64,000 bases of DNA from an uncultured Planctomycetota bacterium (GTDB lineage Bacteria > Planctomycetota > Planctomycetia > Isosphaerales > Isosphaeraceae). The notes beneath the pieces were generated by a model, which made no database searches, was not told the origin of the DNA, and saw nothing but the letters and a program-made list of their open reading frames with translations. Position numbers and translations under genes: made by a program. Positions 1-13,900 of the stretch are shown here, in pieces. The stretch lies in the NCBI GenBank assembly GCA_963823665.1, contig CAWGMQ010000004.1, positions 1,792,001 through 1,856,000 of the forward strand, written 5' to 3'. Numbering within the stretch: position 1 is the stretch's first letter; the number at the start of each line of letters is the position of its first letter.

Positions 1-114
1 AACGGCGTACCTTGGTATCAGGCTTCGATGGTCACCATTGTACGATGATACGCGAATGCGTTGGCGGAAGCACGGGGCACGGGGTGCATTTCTTCTGGAA
101 TCCAGCCGTGCGGC

Positions 115-1011
115 TCACGCCCCGCGAGATCGTGTTGATTTTGTTCCCAAGAGCTTCACGCAAGCCTCGGCGATTTCTTCGGCACGGGCTTGGTCGGTGC
201 GGTACAGCCGCTCGAACGATCGCAAGCAGTTCGTAAATGGGGCGTGGGGAGACGTGAGCGCTTCGATCGCCTTCCCGTGTTTCTCGCGTCGATGAACCGT
301 CTTCGCTGTGGCGTGTCCCTCGAGCTCGAGGAACAACAACCGCACCAGTGCTGCACGCTCCTTGAACAGCGGCTTCCGACCCGAACTGTCGTCGAGGCGG
401 AACAGTTCAATGGTGACCAGCGCACGGCGATGCTTGAAACCGCTCGCCGATCTCGGCACGGGGGACAACGCTTCGAACTCGATGAGCTCCTCAGGGTCCA
501 CGTCAGTCACCCCGATCGGGTAGATCAGCAGCGATTTCTCGCCGTCCATCTGGGCCGGATCCGTCGCCGCCGTATCGCGCGTACCCTCGATGGGGAAGTA
601 GTTCTTCTTCAAGGTCGAGTTGCAGGTCTTGCAGGACATCGCGTAGTTGAACGGCGAATAGGCCAACTGTGAATAGCCTGGCTCGGATGAGCCGTCGGCC
701 GGCTGTTGAACCGTGACTCCTTCGGCCAAAAGCTGTGACGGAACGGTCCAGGGCTTCACTTCGGCTTTCGGGCGGAAGTGCTCGACGTCTTGCTCGATCT
801 TTCCCTCGAGCGGCTTCTCGCAGAAGCAGCACTTCGAGTTCTGCATCTCGATATAAATGCCCTTGATCTTGCTCCAGAGCGGTTTGAAATCCGAGCTCTC
901 CGGCGGGCTCGGAAGTCTGGCGATCACAGCAGCCGTGTTGGTAAACCATTTCTTATCCACCTCAGTGATTGCAGAGCGTAGCTCCGCTTCAGAAACAGCG
1001 TACCGAATCAC
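115..1011 (-). CDS. HNH endonuclease (PtuB/Septu-like partner of the upstream ATPase)
   Basis: CCFCE...DVEHFRPK...SCKTCN HNH/zinc motif; start overlaps the ATPase stop (1008-1011). Confidence 0.75.
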   Translation of the reverse strand: MIRYAVSEAELRSAITEVDKKWFTNTAAVIARLPSPPESSDFKPLWSKIKGIYIEMQNSKCCFCEKPLEGKIEQDVEHFRPKAEVKPWTVPSQLLAEGVTVQQPADGSSEPGYSQLAYSPFNYAMSCKTCNSTLKKNYFPIEGTRDTAATDPAQMDGEKSLLIYPIGVTDVDPEELIEFEALSPVPRSASGFKHRRALVTIELFRLDDSSGRKPLFKERAALVRLLFLELEGHATAKTVHRREKHGKAIEALTSPHAPFTNCLRSFERLYRTDQARAEEIAEACVKLLGTKSTRSRGA

Positions 1012-2315
1012 TCCTCGACCTCCGTACCGCTACTCATCTCGCGGATCAACTGCAGAGGCGCGTTCTTGTCGCCCGATCGAATCCGCCCGGTGATGCTGTG
1101 GAGTTGGCGACGCTTCGCCTCGGCCATGGTGCTCTTCAAGCCGAAGAAGTCACTGAGCAGGATCTGATCGGCGTCCAGGCCGTGGATGCTCTGCTTCAGC
1201 CGTTTCACGACCGTCCGATTGGTTTTTGTCCCCACCTTCAGCGTGATGATGTTCATCCACTCGAGGCTCCCAGCCACGAGAGGACTATGGGAGGTGAAAA
1301 TAAACTGCATCCGCGGGAGCGCCTTCGCGACGGTTTTGATGACCTTCATTTGCCACTTTGGGTGAAGCAACAAATCGATCTCGTCAACCATGACCACGCC
1401 CGGCACGTCGACGAGAAATTGACCGGAATGACACGCAGTCGAGAGATGATACAGCAGGTCACCGACCCAACCGATGAATCCGCGGTAACCATCGGAAAGC
1501 GAGGGAAATGGCACCCTGGTTTCGCCCCGCCTGAACTCGTACTCACGACCCGTGATGTTTTCTGTAAGCTGGAAATGCCCTGGTCCGATCATGCGCTCCA
1601 TGAGTCCCAGAACTTCCCGATAGCGACCGGGGTTGCTCTTCTTTAGCCGGGGAAGCCAGTTAGTTAACCGATAGACCAAGAATCCATCTTGAAAGGCGCT
1701 GAGAACGCGTTGGGCACGCCCGAATGGATTCCTTTCGTGGAACGCCATCGCGGGAGAATCAACCGACTCGACTCGACGGTTCGAACCATAGGCCACGCAA
1801 AAGAACGCCGAATTGTGCGACTCGTAAACCGGCGCCCAGATCCGATCGTTATCGATCCCGGCGAACTCCATGGTGTCGATCTCGCCGAGCCGCTTGAATT
1901 CCTGCATCGATGCAAATGACTCTCCATCGTCGGCCGATAACCGTGCCTCTTTCCCAGCACGCTCCGACTCGTGCCGGAACAACGTGGCGAGAATGTAAGC
2001 GATGTTTCCGCCGACGTTCTTCATTGCGTGCTCGCCGTTCGACGAAAATCGCACCAGCCGTCGCAGCGGAAGCTGAGCGCCACCCGCGGCCGGCCCCAAC
2101 GCAGCGAGCGCAATCGCCTGCAGAACAGTGGTCTTTCCTGTGGCATTCTCGCCCAAGAGCAGATTGACGTTCGGCAGCCTGGGCTTCGGCAACAGCTTCC
2201 TGGCCTTGGGATCGCTTGCGCCTTGGGTGCGAAAAACCATATCAGGATGAACGAACTGCATCTCGGTGCGAGCGAAAGTCCGAATGTTCTCCATAACCAG
2301 TTTCTCGACGTACAT
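1008..2315 (-). CDS. ABC/AAA_21-type ATPase (PtuA-like)
   Basis: Walker A GENATGKT, signature LSDGY, Walker B VVMVDEIDLLLHP, H-loop FIFTSHSP. Confidence 0.85.
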   Translation of the reverse strand: MYVEKLVMENIRTFARTEMQFVHPDMVFRTQGASDPKARKLLPKPRLPNVNLLLGENATGKTTVLQAIALAALGPAAGGAQLPLRRLVRFSSNGEHAMKNVGGNIAYILATLFRHESERAGKEARLSADDGESFASMQEFKRLGEIDTMEFAGIDNDRIWAPVYESHNSAFFCVAYGSNRRVESVDSPAMAFHERNPFGRAQRVLSAFQDGFLVYRLTNWLPRLKKSNPGRYREVLGLMERMIGPGHFQLTENITGREYEFRRGETRVPFPSLSDGYRGFIGWVGDLLYHLSTACHSGQFLVDVPGVVMVDEIDLLLHPKWQMKVIKTVAKALPRMQFIFTSHSPLVAGSLEWMNIITLKVGTKTNRTVVKRLKQSIHGLDADQILLSDFFGLKSTMAEAKRRQLHSITGRIRSGDKNAPLQLIREMSSGTEVEE

Positions 2316-2607
2316 TCTTCAGTCTCCATTCCCCCGCTGCTTCTTCCTCGGCACGCTCCGCGAAACACACGCTTAGCCTTTGCCATCCACTCCTTCCATG
2401 GCGTCATCCCGGCCGCCCTTGCATTCGAAGATATCCGCTATTCTCACCTGGAATTGGACAGTTCGGAAGTCACATCCGCAACATTGCCCAGGCGCGCGTC
2501 CACCGCTTGGGCTCGCAGCTCGTACGCCGCCAGCCGAAAAGATCTCGTCCGCGGCGCCAGCACCTCACGGCGTCGAGCGTCTCTCGCCCTCGGACCCTTC
2601 CTGAGCA

Positions 2608-3321
2608 TCACGACGCCGGATTTGGAAAATCGAGTCCATTTAACTCTTCCAGCGCACGGTCGATGTCGGCGAACTTCGGGTCTGCCTCGAGAGCGAAAAG
2701 TTCCGCGCGGAGCAATGCAGCGCGGCGGCCGACCAACTGCTGGAACCACGAAACACCCAGCGTGCGCATCTTGTCGATGACGACAGAATCTCGGCCGCGT
2801 CGAGCCAGCACCAGCCCCAGAACAGCGTTGAGAGCGACAGCCCCATGCTGCGCGCGCGCCAGAAAGCGAGGCCGCGTGTAGTCGTCAATCAGCTCCTCCA
2901 GGCGGATCGCCAGCTCGCAGTACCGTTCACGTTGGGCGGGGAGGTTCGCGGTCAGCTTCCGCACCACCATCTTGGTGGTTTCGACCTCGAGTTCGATTGG
3001 TAGCGCGTGCCTCCCATCCACCCTCAAGAGGCTCGCGGCGCCTTCGAGGGCCTCGTCGGTGGGCGCAACAGCGACGTAATTCCGGATCGCAGATCCCACG
3101 GCGACGAGGCCGGCCGGGACATTCGACCCGCGGAACTCCTCGATGAACCGCCTGAGCAATGGAAGGAGCGCGGTGGCTTGCTCGACGTCAAAGGGCAGCG
3201 CCTCTGCTTCGATGATCAGCTTCCGTCGCTCCTCATGCCCCAGACCGAGGCGCTGAAGACACTCGAGGATTGACGTACTCGCTGATTCAGGGAACTCGAT
3301 CACGTCGTCGATGGGTGCCAT
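2608..3321 (-). CDS. hypothetical helical protein in defence island
   Basis: 237-aa ORF with GGAAGG RBS-like motif, co-oriented with neighbours; no motif recognised. Confidence 0.6.
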   Translation of the reverse strand: MAPIDDVIEFPESASTSILECLQRLGLGHEERRKLIIEAEALPFDVEQATALLPLLRRFIEEFRGSNVPAGLVAVGSAIRNYVAVAPTDEALEGAASLLRVDGRHALPIELEVETTKMVVRKLTANLPAQRERYCELAIRLEELIDDYTRPRFLARAQHGAVALNAVLGLVLARRGRDSVVIDKMRTLGVSWFQQLVGRRAALLRAELFALEADPKFADIDRALEELNGLDFPNPAS

Positions 3322-3467
3322 GGGCGTTCCTTCCAGACCTTCCGCTGTCTCTCAACGCCGCGACAGTTTCTGAACACGTTAGACGCGTAACTGCTCGACC
3401 GGTTTTTCTCAGGCTACATTCGCAATGACTCGCAAATTGTCCGCTGGCACACCGTCAGGAAGCATGT

Positions 3468-4241
3468 TCAAGGTAAGTCTAATAGACCCATCAGGAATTC
3501 CTGCACCGCGCGAACGCGCGGCAGCGCCAGCGCCGTGCCGCGTAGCCACCGGTTGTCCTGAATGGAATTCTGCACGGCCCTCCCCGGCCGAAGTATGCTC
3601 GCCATCGAGACGACAATTGCCTTGTTCCGCCCGGCGGACTTCGCGAGCTCTTGAAGATCCTCAGGCAAGAGGCTCGGATCCCCGCTCACAGAATCGACGT
3701 GCGTCGTGGCGCTTGCGAGCAAACCCGCGTAAACATGCTGGGCGCAGTCGAGGAGAACGTCCTCGAGAGTTCCCGCGCTCGTGTTATCAGGCAGTACAAA
3801 TGCCCCAAGTCGCGGTGGACCGGCGCTCACATCGCCGGCACGATCGGGAAAGCCGTATCCTTTTGCTCGAAGGCCGTCACGTATCGGCGCATATCGGTCG
3901 CCTGGCGCCACAGACGAGTCTGAATCGAGAACGACGCCGATTGCCGTTAACTTCGCCGTGTCCACCAGCACCGCGTTCTCCTCGATGGTCAGAATCAGCC
4001 GCGTGTCACCGATCGCGCTGTGGACGGCCACCGAATGGGTCGCACTCTGCAAGAAAAGTGAGACCGGAACGCGCTTCTGAAGGTCGTCGTCCGGGGGAAA
4101 GGACCGAGGGACAAGTCGTCCGAAGTATGGGTCCAGGTCGGCCAAAAACCGTACCCGCTTCAGACCGTGCGGCCTCAGAAGCCCGTACACGAGCTCGACG
4201 TCCTGTGGCCCTTCAACAACCTGGTATCCGTATTTCGGCAT
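3468..4241 (-). CDS. DUF3226-like (TOPRIM-like) protein
   Basis: VVEGPQD, GVVLDSD and LPDNTSAGTLEDVLL motifs; starts 3 bp downstream of the AAA ATPase. Confidence 0.7.
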   Translation of the reverse strand: MPKYGYQVVEGPQDVELVYGLLRPHGLKRVRFLADLDPYFGRLVPRSFPPDDDLQKRVPVSLFLQSATHSVAVHSAIGDTRLILTIEENAVLVDTAKLTAIGVVLDSDSSVAPGDRYAPIRDGLRAKGYGFPDRAGDVSAGPPRLGAFVLPDNTSAGTLEDVLLDCAQHVYAGLLASATTHVDSVSGDPSLLPEDLQELAKSAGRNKAIVVSMASILRPGRAVQNSIQDNRWLRGTALALPRVRAVQEFLMGLLDLP

Positions 4242-4244
4242 GGC

Positions 4245-5420
4245 TCACCGAACATCCAGCGCGCGCTCGCGGCGCAGCCGCGACAGTAAATCCGCGTCGA
4301 TCCGCTTCACCGTGGTTCGTTCATCGGTTTGATCCAGATGAAACGTGACTAGATCCGGAGCCGTGTCCTGAGTCGCCAGCGCGATGGCATCGACAGCTTC
4401 CAGGCTATGCGTCGTGGCGACAACCTGCACGTGCAGATCACGGGCGACTTTCGCGAGCCAACCCAGAACTCGGCTTAGCTTCGAAGCGTGAATGCCCGTC
4501 TCGATCTCGTCGATCAGGAGCACTCCCCCGTCCTGGAGCGCCGGAATCGTGCCGGCGAGCAAGACCGCCCTGCGCAGCGCGTCTCCAAAGATGGAGAGTG
4601 GTGCCTGGCCCAGGCGCTGGTGATCAAGGTAGATTGCGGGCCTCCCTCCCTGGAACGAAGCGAGGTTAATGTCGATGATTTGCGGATCGAACTCTCGGAC
4701 AAGATCGAGGACCCTGTTCTTTTTAGGGCCGAGCAGGTGGTGCGAGAACGACCGTGCTTGGATGCGGTTGATCTGGTACGAGTAGGGGGGTGAGGGTCTC
4801 GGTCGGCGCAGGCTGCGCTGTCGAGCAACGCGTCCCACCGGTTCGACATCGTCCTCCCAAACGCGAATCGAGACGGGTTGTGGTACCGACATGCCCGATC
4901 GCAGAAGGGAGCCGTCTGATTCCACGAAGTGCTTGATTAGGGCACCACGTCTGGGTCCGAGATCGAGATCAGGCCCATCGATGAGGGGACCGAGGCCCTG
5001 CTGCTCGACGAGGGAGTGCTCCTTTTCGAGCCGATCAAACGGACTCAGCTCGCGTGACCCTTCGATTTCCTCGCAGGTCACTCTGAGTTTCCTCAGAGGA
5101 AATCGTCCGTCGCACGTCATGCTGCACTCCCCCCCGAACATCGAGTCGGCATCGGGGGCCGGCACGCTCTGGCGGAAGCACCACCGTACAGATTGGACGC
5201 GAGTCTCATCCAGCCCGCCGAAGTCCCGCCGGCACACCATCCAGATCCACTCGCTGGGGTCGGCTGCGTTGCACAGTATGGACAGAGCTTCGAGAACGCT
5301 CGTCTTGCCGCAATTGTTTGGTCCGACGAGGATATTAATAAGACCGAGACGGTCAAGACGAAGATTCCTCAGTCCGCGGAAGCCGTCGACGGTCACGCTT
5401 TCCAGAGAATAACCAGGCAT
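4245..5420 (-). CDS. AAA_15/AAA_21 ATPase
   Basis: GFRGL, Walker A GPNNCGKTS, Walker B LLIDEIETGIH, VATTHSLE. Confidence 0.85.
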   Translation of the reverse strand: MPGYSLESVTVDGFRGLRNLRLDRLGLINILVGPNNCGKTSVLEALSILCNAADPSEWIWMVCRRDFGGLDETRVQSVRWCFRQSVPAPDADSMFGGECSMTCDGRFPLRKLRVTCEEIEGSRELSPFDRLEKEHSLVEQQGLGPLIDGPDLDLGPRRGALIKHFVESDGSLLRSGMSVPQPVSIRVWEDDVEPVGRVARQRSLRRPRPSPPYSYQINRIQARSFSHHLLGPKKNRVLDLVREFDPQIIDINLASFQGGRPAIYLDHQRLGQAPLSIFGDALRRAVLLAGTIPALQDGGVLLIDEIETGIHASKLSRVLGWLAKVARDLHVQVVATTHSLEAVDAIALATQDTAPDLVTFHLDQTDERTTVKRIDADLLSRLRRERALDVR

Positions 5421-5457
5421 GTATCAGACCCCCAAGGCGGTGTAATCAGACAAGAGA

Positions 5458-9226
<3,769 letters not shown>

Positions 9227-9360
9227 TTTAGTTTGGCTGTCAGTTGTTTGAAGCGGAATTGGCCACAAATTGCGATGCACTAACACTCTACAGCCAATTC
9301 CAGAAGCCGGAAATGGACACAAATGGGACAAGAATCGGACAATAATTAGCCAATCGTCTC

Positions 9361-10766
9361 ATTCGTGGGATTCGTAAGATTCGTGGTTCCTCTTCTCTTC
9401 GCCGCGCCACACAAGCAGATTCGACCACGAATCGCACGAATTACACGAATCAGAAATTACTGGAAGGATGATCGCATTGCGCGCTCCAAGCGCCGATGAT
9501 CGCTTACACCTCGTCCTTGAGTGGGCTCTACACCGTTGCTCGCTTCTTCCTCCCCTTATTCGTGAGATTCGTCCGATTCGTGGTTCCTCTTCTCTTCGCC
9601 GCGCCACACAAGCAGATTCGACCACGAATCGCACGAATTACACGAATCAGAAATTACTGGAAGGATGATCGCATTGCGCGCTCCAAGCGCCGATGATCGC
9701 TTACACCTCGTCCTTGAGTGGGCTCTACACCGTTGCTCGCTTCTTCCTCCCCTTATTCGTGAGATTCGTCCGATTCGTGGTTCCTCTTCTCTTCGCCGCG
9801 CCACACAAGCAGATTCGACCACGAATCGCACGAATTACACGAATCAGAAATTACTGGAAGGATGATCGCATTGCGCGCTCCAAGCGCCGATGATCGCTTA
9901 CACCTCGTCCTTGAGTGGGCTCTACACCGTTGCTCGCTTCTTCCTCCCCTTATTCGTGAGATTCGTCCGATTCGTGGTTCCTCTTCTCTTCGCCGTGGCG
10001 CGGACCAGCGCCGACCACGAATTAACCGATTCGGACGTCGCCAGAACGATCATCGTACGATGCGATCGTATACAAGCTCACCATGTGCGCCGAAGTTCAC
10101 CAGCAGACCGAGACGATATCCGGTTGCTTTCAGGTAGTTATGAACCTGCGACCGGTGCTCGTCGGTCAACTCTGAGACAGCCTTGATCTCCACGATGACC
10201 TTATCGAAACACATAACGTCGGGTTCATATTTCTTCTTCAGCGTGCGGTCCTTGTACCTCAGCTTGAGCTCCGCCTGGGAGACGAACGGTATGCCCCGCA
10301 ATTCAAGCTCGATCTCGAGACATTCCTGATAGACGGGCTCGAGAAACCCACATCCCATGTGGTTGTACACCTCAAAGCACGCCCCGACGATCGCGTACGC
10401 CTCTTCTTTGAGCAGGATCTCCATCGTTGCAGCCCTTTCTCTTCGCTCATTCGTGGTTCCGCTTACCCGCGCCGTGCCACACGAGCGCCAGCGCCCCGAT
10501 CGCAAACTCGGTCGTGTGAATATACCGGAGACTCGACCACGAATCTCACGAATCTCACGAATCTCACGAATCAGAGATTATTGCAAAGATCATCGCATAT
10601 CGCGTTCGACGCGCCGATGCTCGCTTACGCCTCGTCGTTGGGCAGGATCTACAGCGTTGTTCTCGTCTTCGTTCCTTTATTCGTGAGATTCGTCAGATTC
10701 GTGGTCCAACTCCCCCTGGCCTTTCGCCGAACAGGCTCGACCACGAACTTCACGGATCTTACGAAT
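9361..10766. repeat. cluster of 9-bp-periodic inverted repeats (CACGAAT-NN)n / (ATTCGTG-NN)n, including a 197-bp tandem repeat of about 3.2 copies
   Basis: ATTCGTG arms start at 9361, 9558, 9755, 9952 (period 197), 10449 and 10679. CACGAAT arms start at 9424, 9621, 9818, 10014, 10536 and 10740. Confidence 0.95.
10050..10424 (-). CDS. GxxExxY protein (PD-(D/E)XK-like nuclease fold)
   Basis: MEILLKEEAYAIVGACFEVYNHMGCGFLEPVYQECL...PDVMCFDKVIVEIKAV...QVHNYLKATGYRLGLLVNFG; literal GFLEPVY motif. Confidence 0.92.
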   Translation of the reverse strand: MEILLKEEAYAIVGACFEVYNHMGCGFLEPVYQECLEIELELRGIPFVSQAELKLRYKDRTLKKKYEPDVMCFDKVIVEIKAVSELTDEHRSQVHNYLKATGYRLGLLVNFGAHGELVYDRIVR

Positions 10767-10869
10767 CAGCCGTTGCGGGCGCGATCGTCGAATAGGCCGC
10801 TCCCCGCGCCGAGATTCCCGGCAGGCCTTTCCTCTGCACCAGAGCCTCTCGTCCTTTCTTGGGGCGGGC

Positions 10870-10896
10870 AATTGTGCCGCAGGCTGCGGCACAATT
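10870..10896. terminator. perfect 13-bp hairpin downstream of pglW (terminator or REP-like)
   Basis: aattgtgccgcag-g-ctgcggcacaatt, about 35 bp past the pglW stop. Confidence 0.4.
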
Positions 10897-10931
10897 CTCC
10901 CTGGGGTAGGTAGCTGGCTCGTGGTGGTTGT

Positions 10932-13900
10932 TCACTCATCCCCGCTCCTTTCAGAGGAGCCACCCCCATTCGCCCGATGCTTGTTCCGCAGCCAGCTCTC
11001 AGGTATCCGCACGCGCTGCCCCGGGCTAAGCGTCGGCACCACTTTCCCATCCAGCAGTGCCTGATGATCGCCCGCAACAAGCACCCACAGCCCAGCAATC
11101 CCATCGCGCCGCCCAATCTTGTCCCGCAAACTCTCGAGCAGCCCCATCTGCCCATAACGCGCCAAGAGCCCCGCATAAATCATGAGCATCGGCTTCTTCA
11201 CCGCATGAAGTCGCGCCTCAACAATCGGCATCGCGCGCTTCACCAGCACCATCAACCGATCCCACTTCCCATCCCCAGGATTCGCATCCGCGCTCACGAC
11301 CGCATCCCACTTCGCCCCAGCCTTGTCAACAACTTGGCGCAGCGCATCGAGAAACAAAGCTTCAAAGTCAACCAATTCGACCGGAAACCGCCGCGCAAGC
11401 TCCTGATAAGCACACTGGTAGCACTTCGGATTCACCAGCAGGACGGTGAACGACCCCTCCTTGATCCCGTGCTTCAGCCGGTCCTCAAACTGCCGCGCAT
11501 CCGCAATCTCCGGAGTGACCTCGATCTGGGTATCCTCGCCAGTCGCCATTCCCGTCGACTCGCGCACCGCCGATGCACTCGCACTCGAATACGTAAACGA
11601 CTCGGTCAACCGGCTCTTGTAACCGCCAACACCCCGCAAGGCAGGGTCCCACTCAAAATCAAACCCAGCATCGCGCAGCAACACATCCAGCTCAGGCGGC
11701 CCCGGCAGCTCGGCCGCTTCCGGGTACCGACTCTTCACGCGCTCACGAATCTCCTGCACCGTGAGCGAAGCCACCCCATAAATCGCCCCCTGCGAGAGCT
11801 TGAGCGCCCGCGCCGCCTCCATTCCCCTGGGATAAAACTCATGCCTGCTCGAAAGCGCCGAATGACACGACGCCAGCGCCGCCAGCCGCACCAGCCGTGA
11901 GTCGGCAATCAGCGGCGAGCCGTCCGGCGCAGAAAGGTCGCGCAGTCGCTCAAGCGCGCGCTGCGGCGGCACCAGCGGGTCTTCCCCCGCCAGCTTGTCG
12001 CCAATTTCCCCCAGTCGCAGCGCAAAAGCCGCCAGCTCCGGACTGAGCGCCACCAGCACCCGGGCACCCTCTCGCCGCACGTGAAACCGCGGCTCGCGCA
12101 TCGACCGCTCAACTTCGACCGCCGCCCGAACAACAGCCCGGGCAAGCGCCGTTCGCCGCGGCTCATCCTCGACCGACCCCCGCGCAACCACCAGCGCCTC
12201 GGCCAGCTCCGGCACGAGCATCACGCCACCAGCCGACCCCATAATCCCGGAGACATCCGTGCGCAGCCGCGTGATCGCGGGCTCCTTGGCCCAGCGAGCT
12301 TGATAAGTGCCCACAACCTGGCTCAGACGTCCTCGACTGAACTTGCACAACTGCGCCACTTCAGCCTGGCTCGGCCACGGCTTTCCGGTCTCACCGCCCA
12401 GACACAGAAGCACGCTCATCACGCCGGCCGCTGGATCAGGCCCGTCCGTCCGTGCCTTGGGCAGCAAGCGCCCGGCCAGCAAGTCAATACTCAGGCTCGC
12501 CGTATCAGCCTCTTCTCCTGGCGCAGGTGCTTCATCCACCACCGGCGGTCCGCTCGACGCGGAACCAGCAGGCGAGCCAAGCCGTTCGCGCAGAATCCGG
12601 ACCGCGGTCACAATCTCGCGCCGCGTCTTGTTCCCCACGCCGCGCAGCCGCGCGAGCCGGCGAATCGGCACCGTGAGCAAATCTTCGACCGTCAGCAGGT
12701 TCGCACGATCGAGTGCGTTCGTCGCCCGCGTGCCCAGGCCCAGCTCGTGCACCTGGGTATCAAACGTCGCCCCCGCAAGCAGCGACCGCAACGTCTCCTC
12801 GTCGACGTGGTCCGAGAGCGTGCCGGGTTGTTCGATGTTCTCAAAACAGTGCCGCCACTCGGTGAGCATCTCCTCGGCGTTATCGAACCGCTGCGCGACA
12901 TTGCGCCGAAACGCCTTGCGAAAAAACCCGGTCAGCCGCTCGCGAAGACTCGCGTCAAACAGCTCGGCGTCAATGGTGATCTCACAAGTCATGTGGCTTG
13001 GGTCCGTAGTGCCATCGCCCCATCGCGGCAGGGTCCCTGTAGCGAGCTCGTGCAGCGTCGCGGCCGCGGCATAGCGCTCCGCATGAAGGTCCCAGCGCGG
13101 AGGCTTGCGCAAAGGGAGCAGGGGGTCGAGGTAGCCCGTGGTCCCCGCTCGAATGTTCTCGTTGGGCATCCGCGCCAGCGAGAAATCAAAGAGCATGAGA
13201 TGAAGCGTATCGCTCCGTCCGACCATTCCTACGGCAATGTTATCCGGCTTGATGTCGCGATGAGCGATACCCTGCTCCTGGAGGTAATTCAGAACATCGA
13301 GCAGGTCCACCCCGAACCGCTGGAGGTGGTCGATATGCAACCGTCCCTCCTTGCGCAGCCGCTGCCCCAGAGTCTCGACCCGTTTCTCATTCTTGTCGAC
13401 AAGGACCGGCCGCATCAGAAAGCCCGCGTGCTCGCCGATCGGAGCCTTGTCGCAGAATTCGACAATATGCTGATGCCGCAGTTTCTGGAGCACCTCGGCT
13501 TCATTCTGAATGCGATCGTTCTGCTCGGGGTCGTTCGCCGCCTTGAGCACATAATCCTGCCCACCGCGTTCGACGAGCAGCGCAATGGAGCAGGCACCAT
13601 GCCCCAACCGCCTGATCACCGTCAACCCGCCCGGGAGCAGATCGCCTTTCTGAGCTTGTTCAGGATCGACGACGTACTGATGTTCGGGTGCGGTCAGCTC
13701 GTCCTCGACGCCCTCGAGCAGCTCCAGAAAATCCGCGACCGAATCAATCCGGCTCGTGATCTCCGGATGCGTCGCAAACCGGACCAGGTCCTGAAGATTC
13801 TGACCGGCGCCGTTCATGACCGAGCTGATTTGCAATCCCTTGGTTTCACGAAGCTTGTTGGAAAGCTCAAGCCCGCTCGCCGCGGGCGGCTCGGCCGAGA

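Noticed and set aside
115..2600. Retron system
   Set aside because: No RT gene and no recognisable msr-msd inverted repeats in the window.
9361..9995. CRISPR array or repeated small proteins (the 66-98 aa ORFs)
   Set aside because: Units are identical with inverted arms. The ORFs are by-products of the repeat, and the gene-derived start is followed by a stop.
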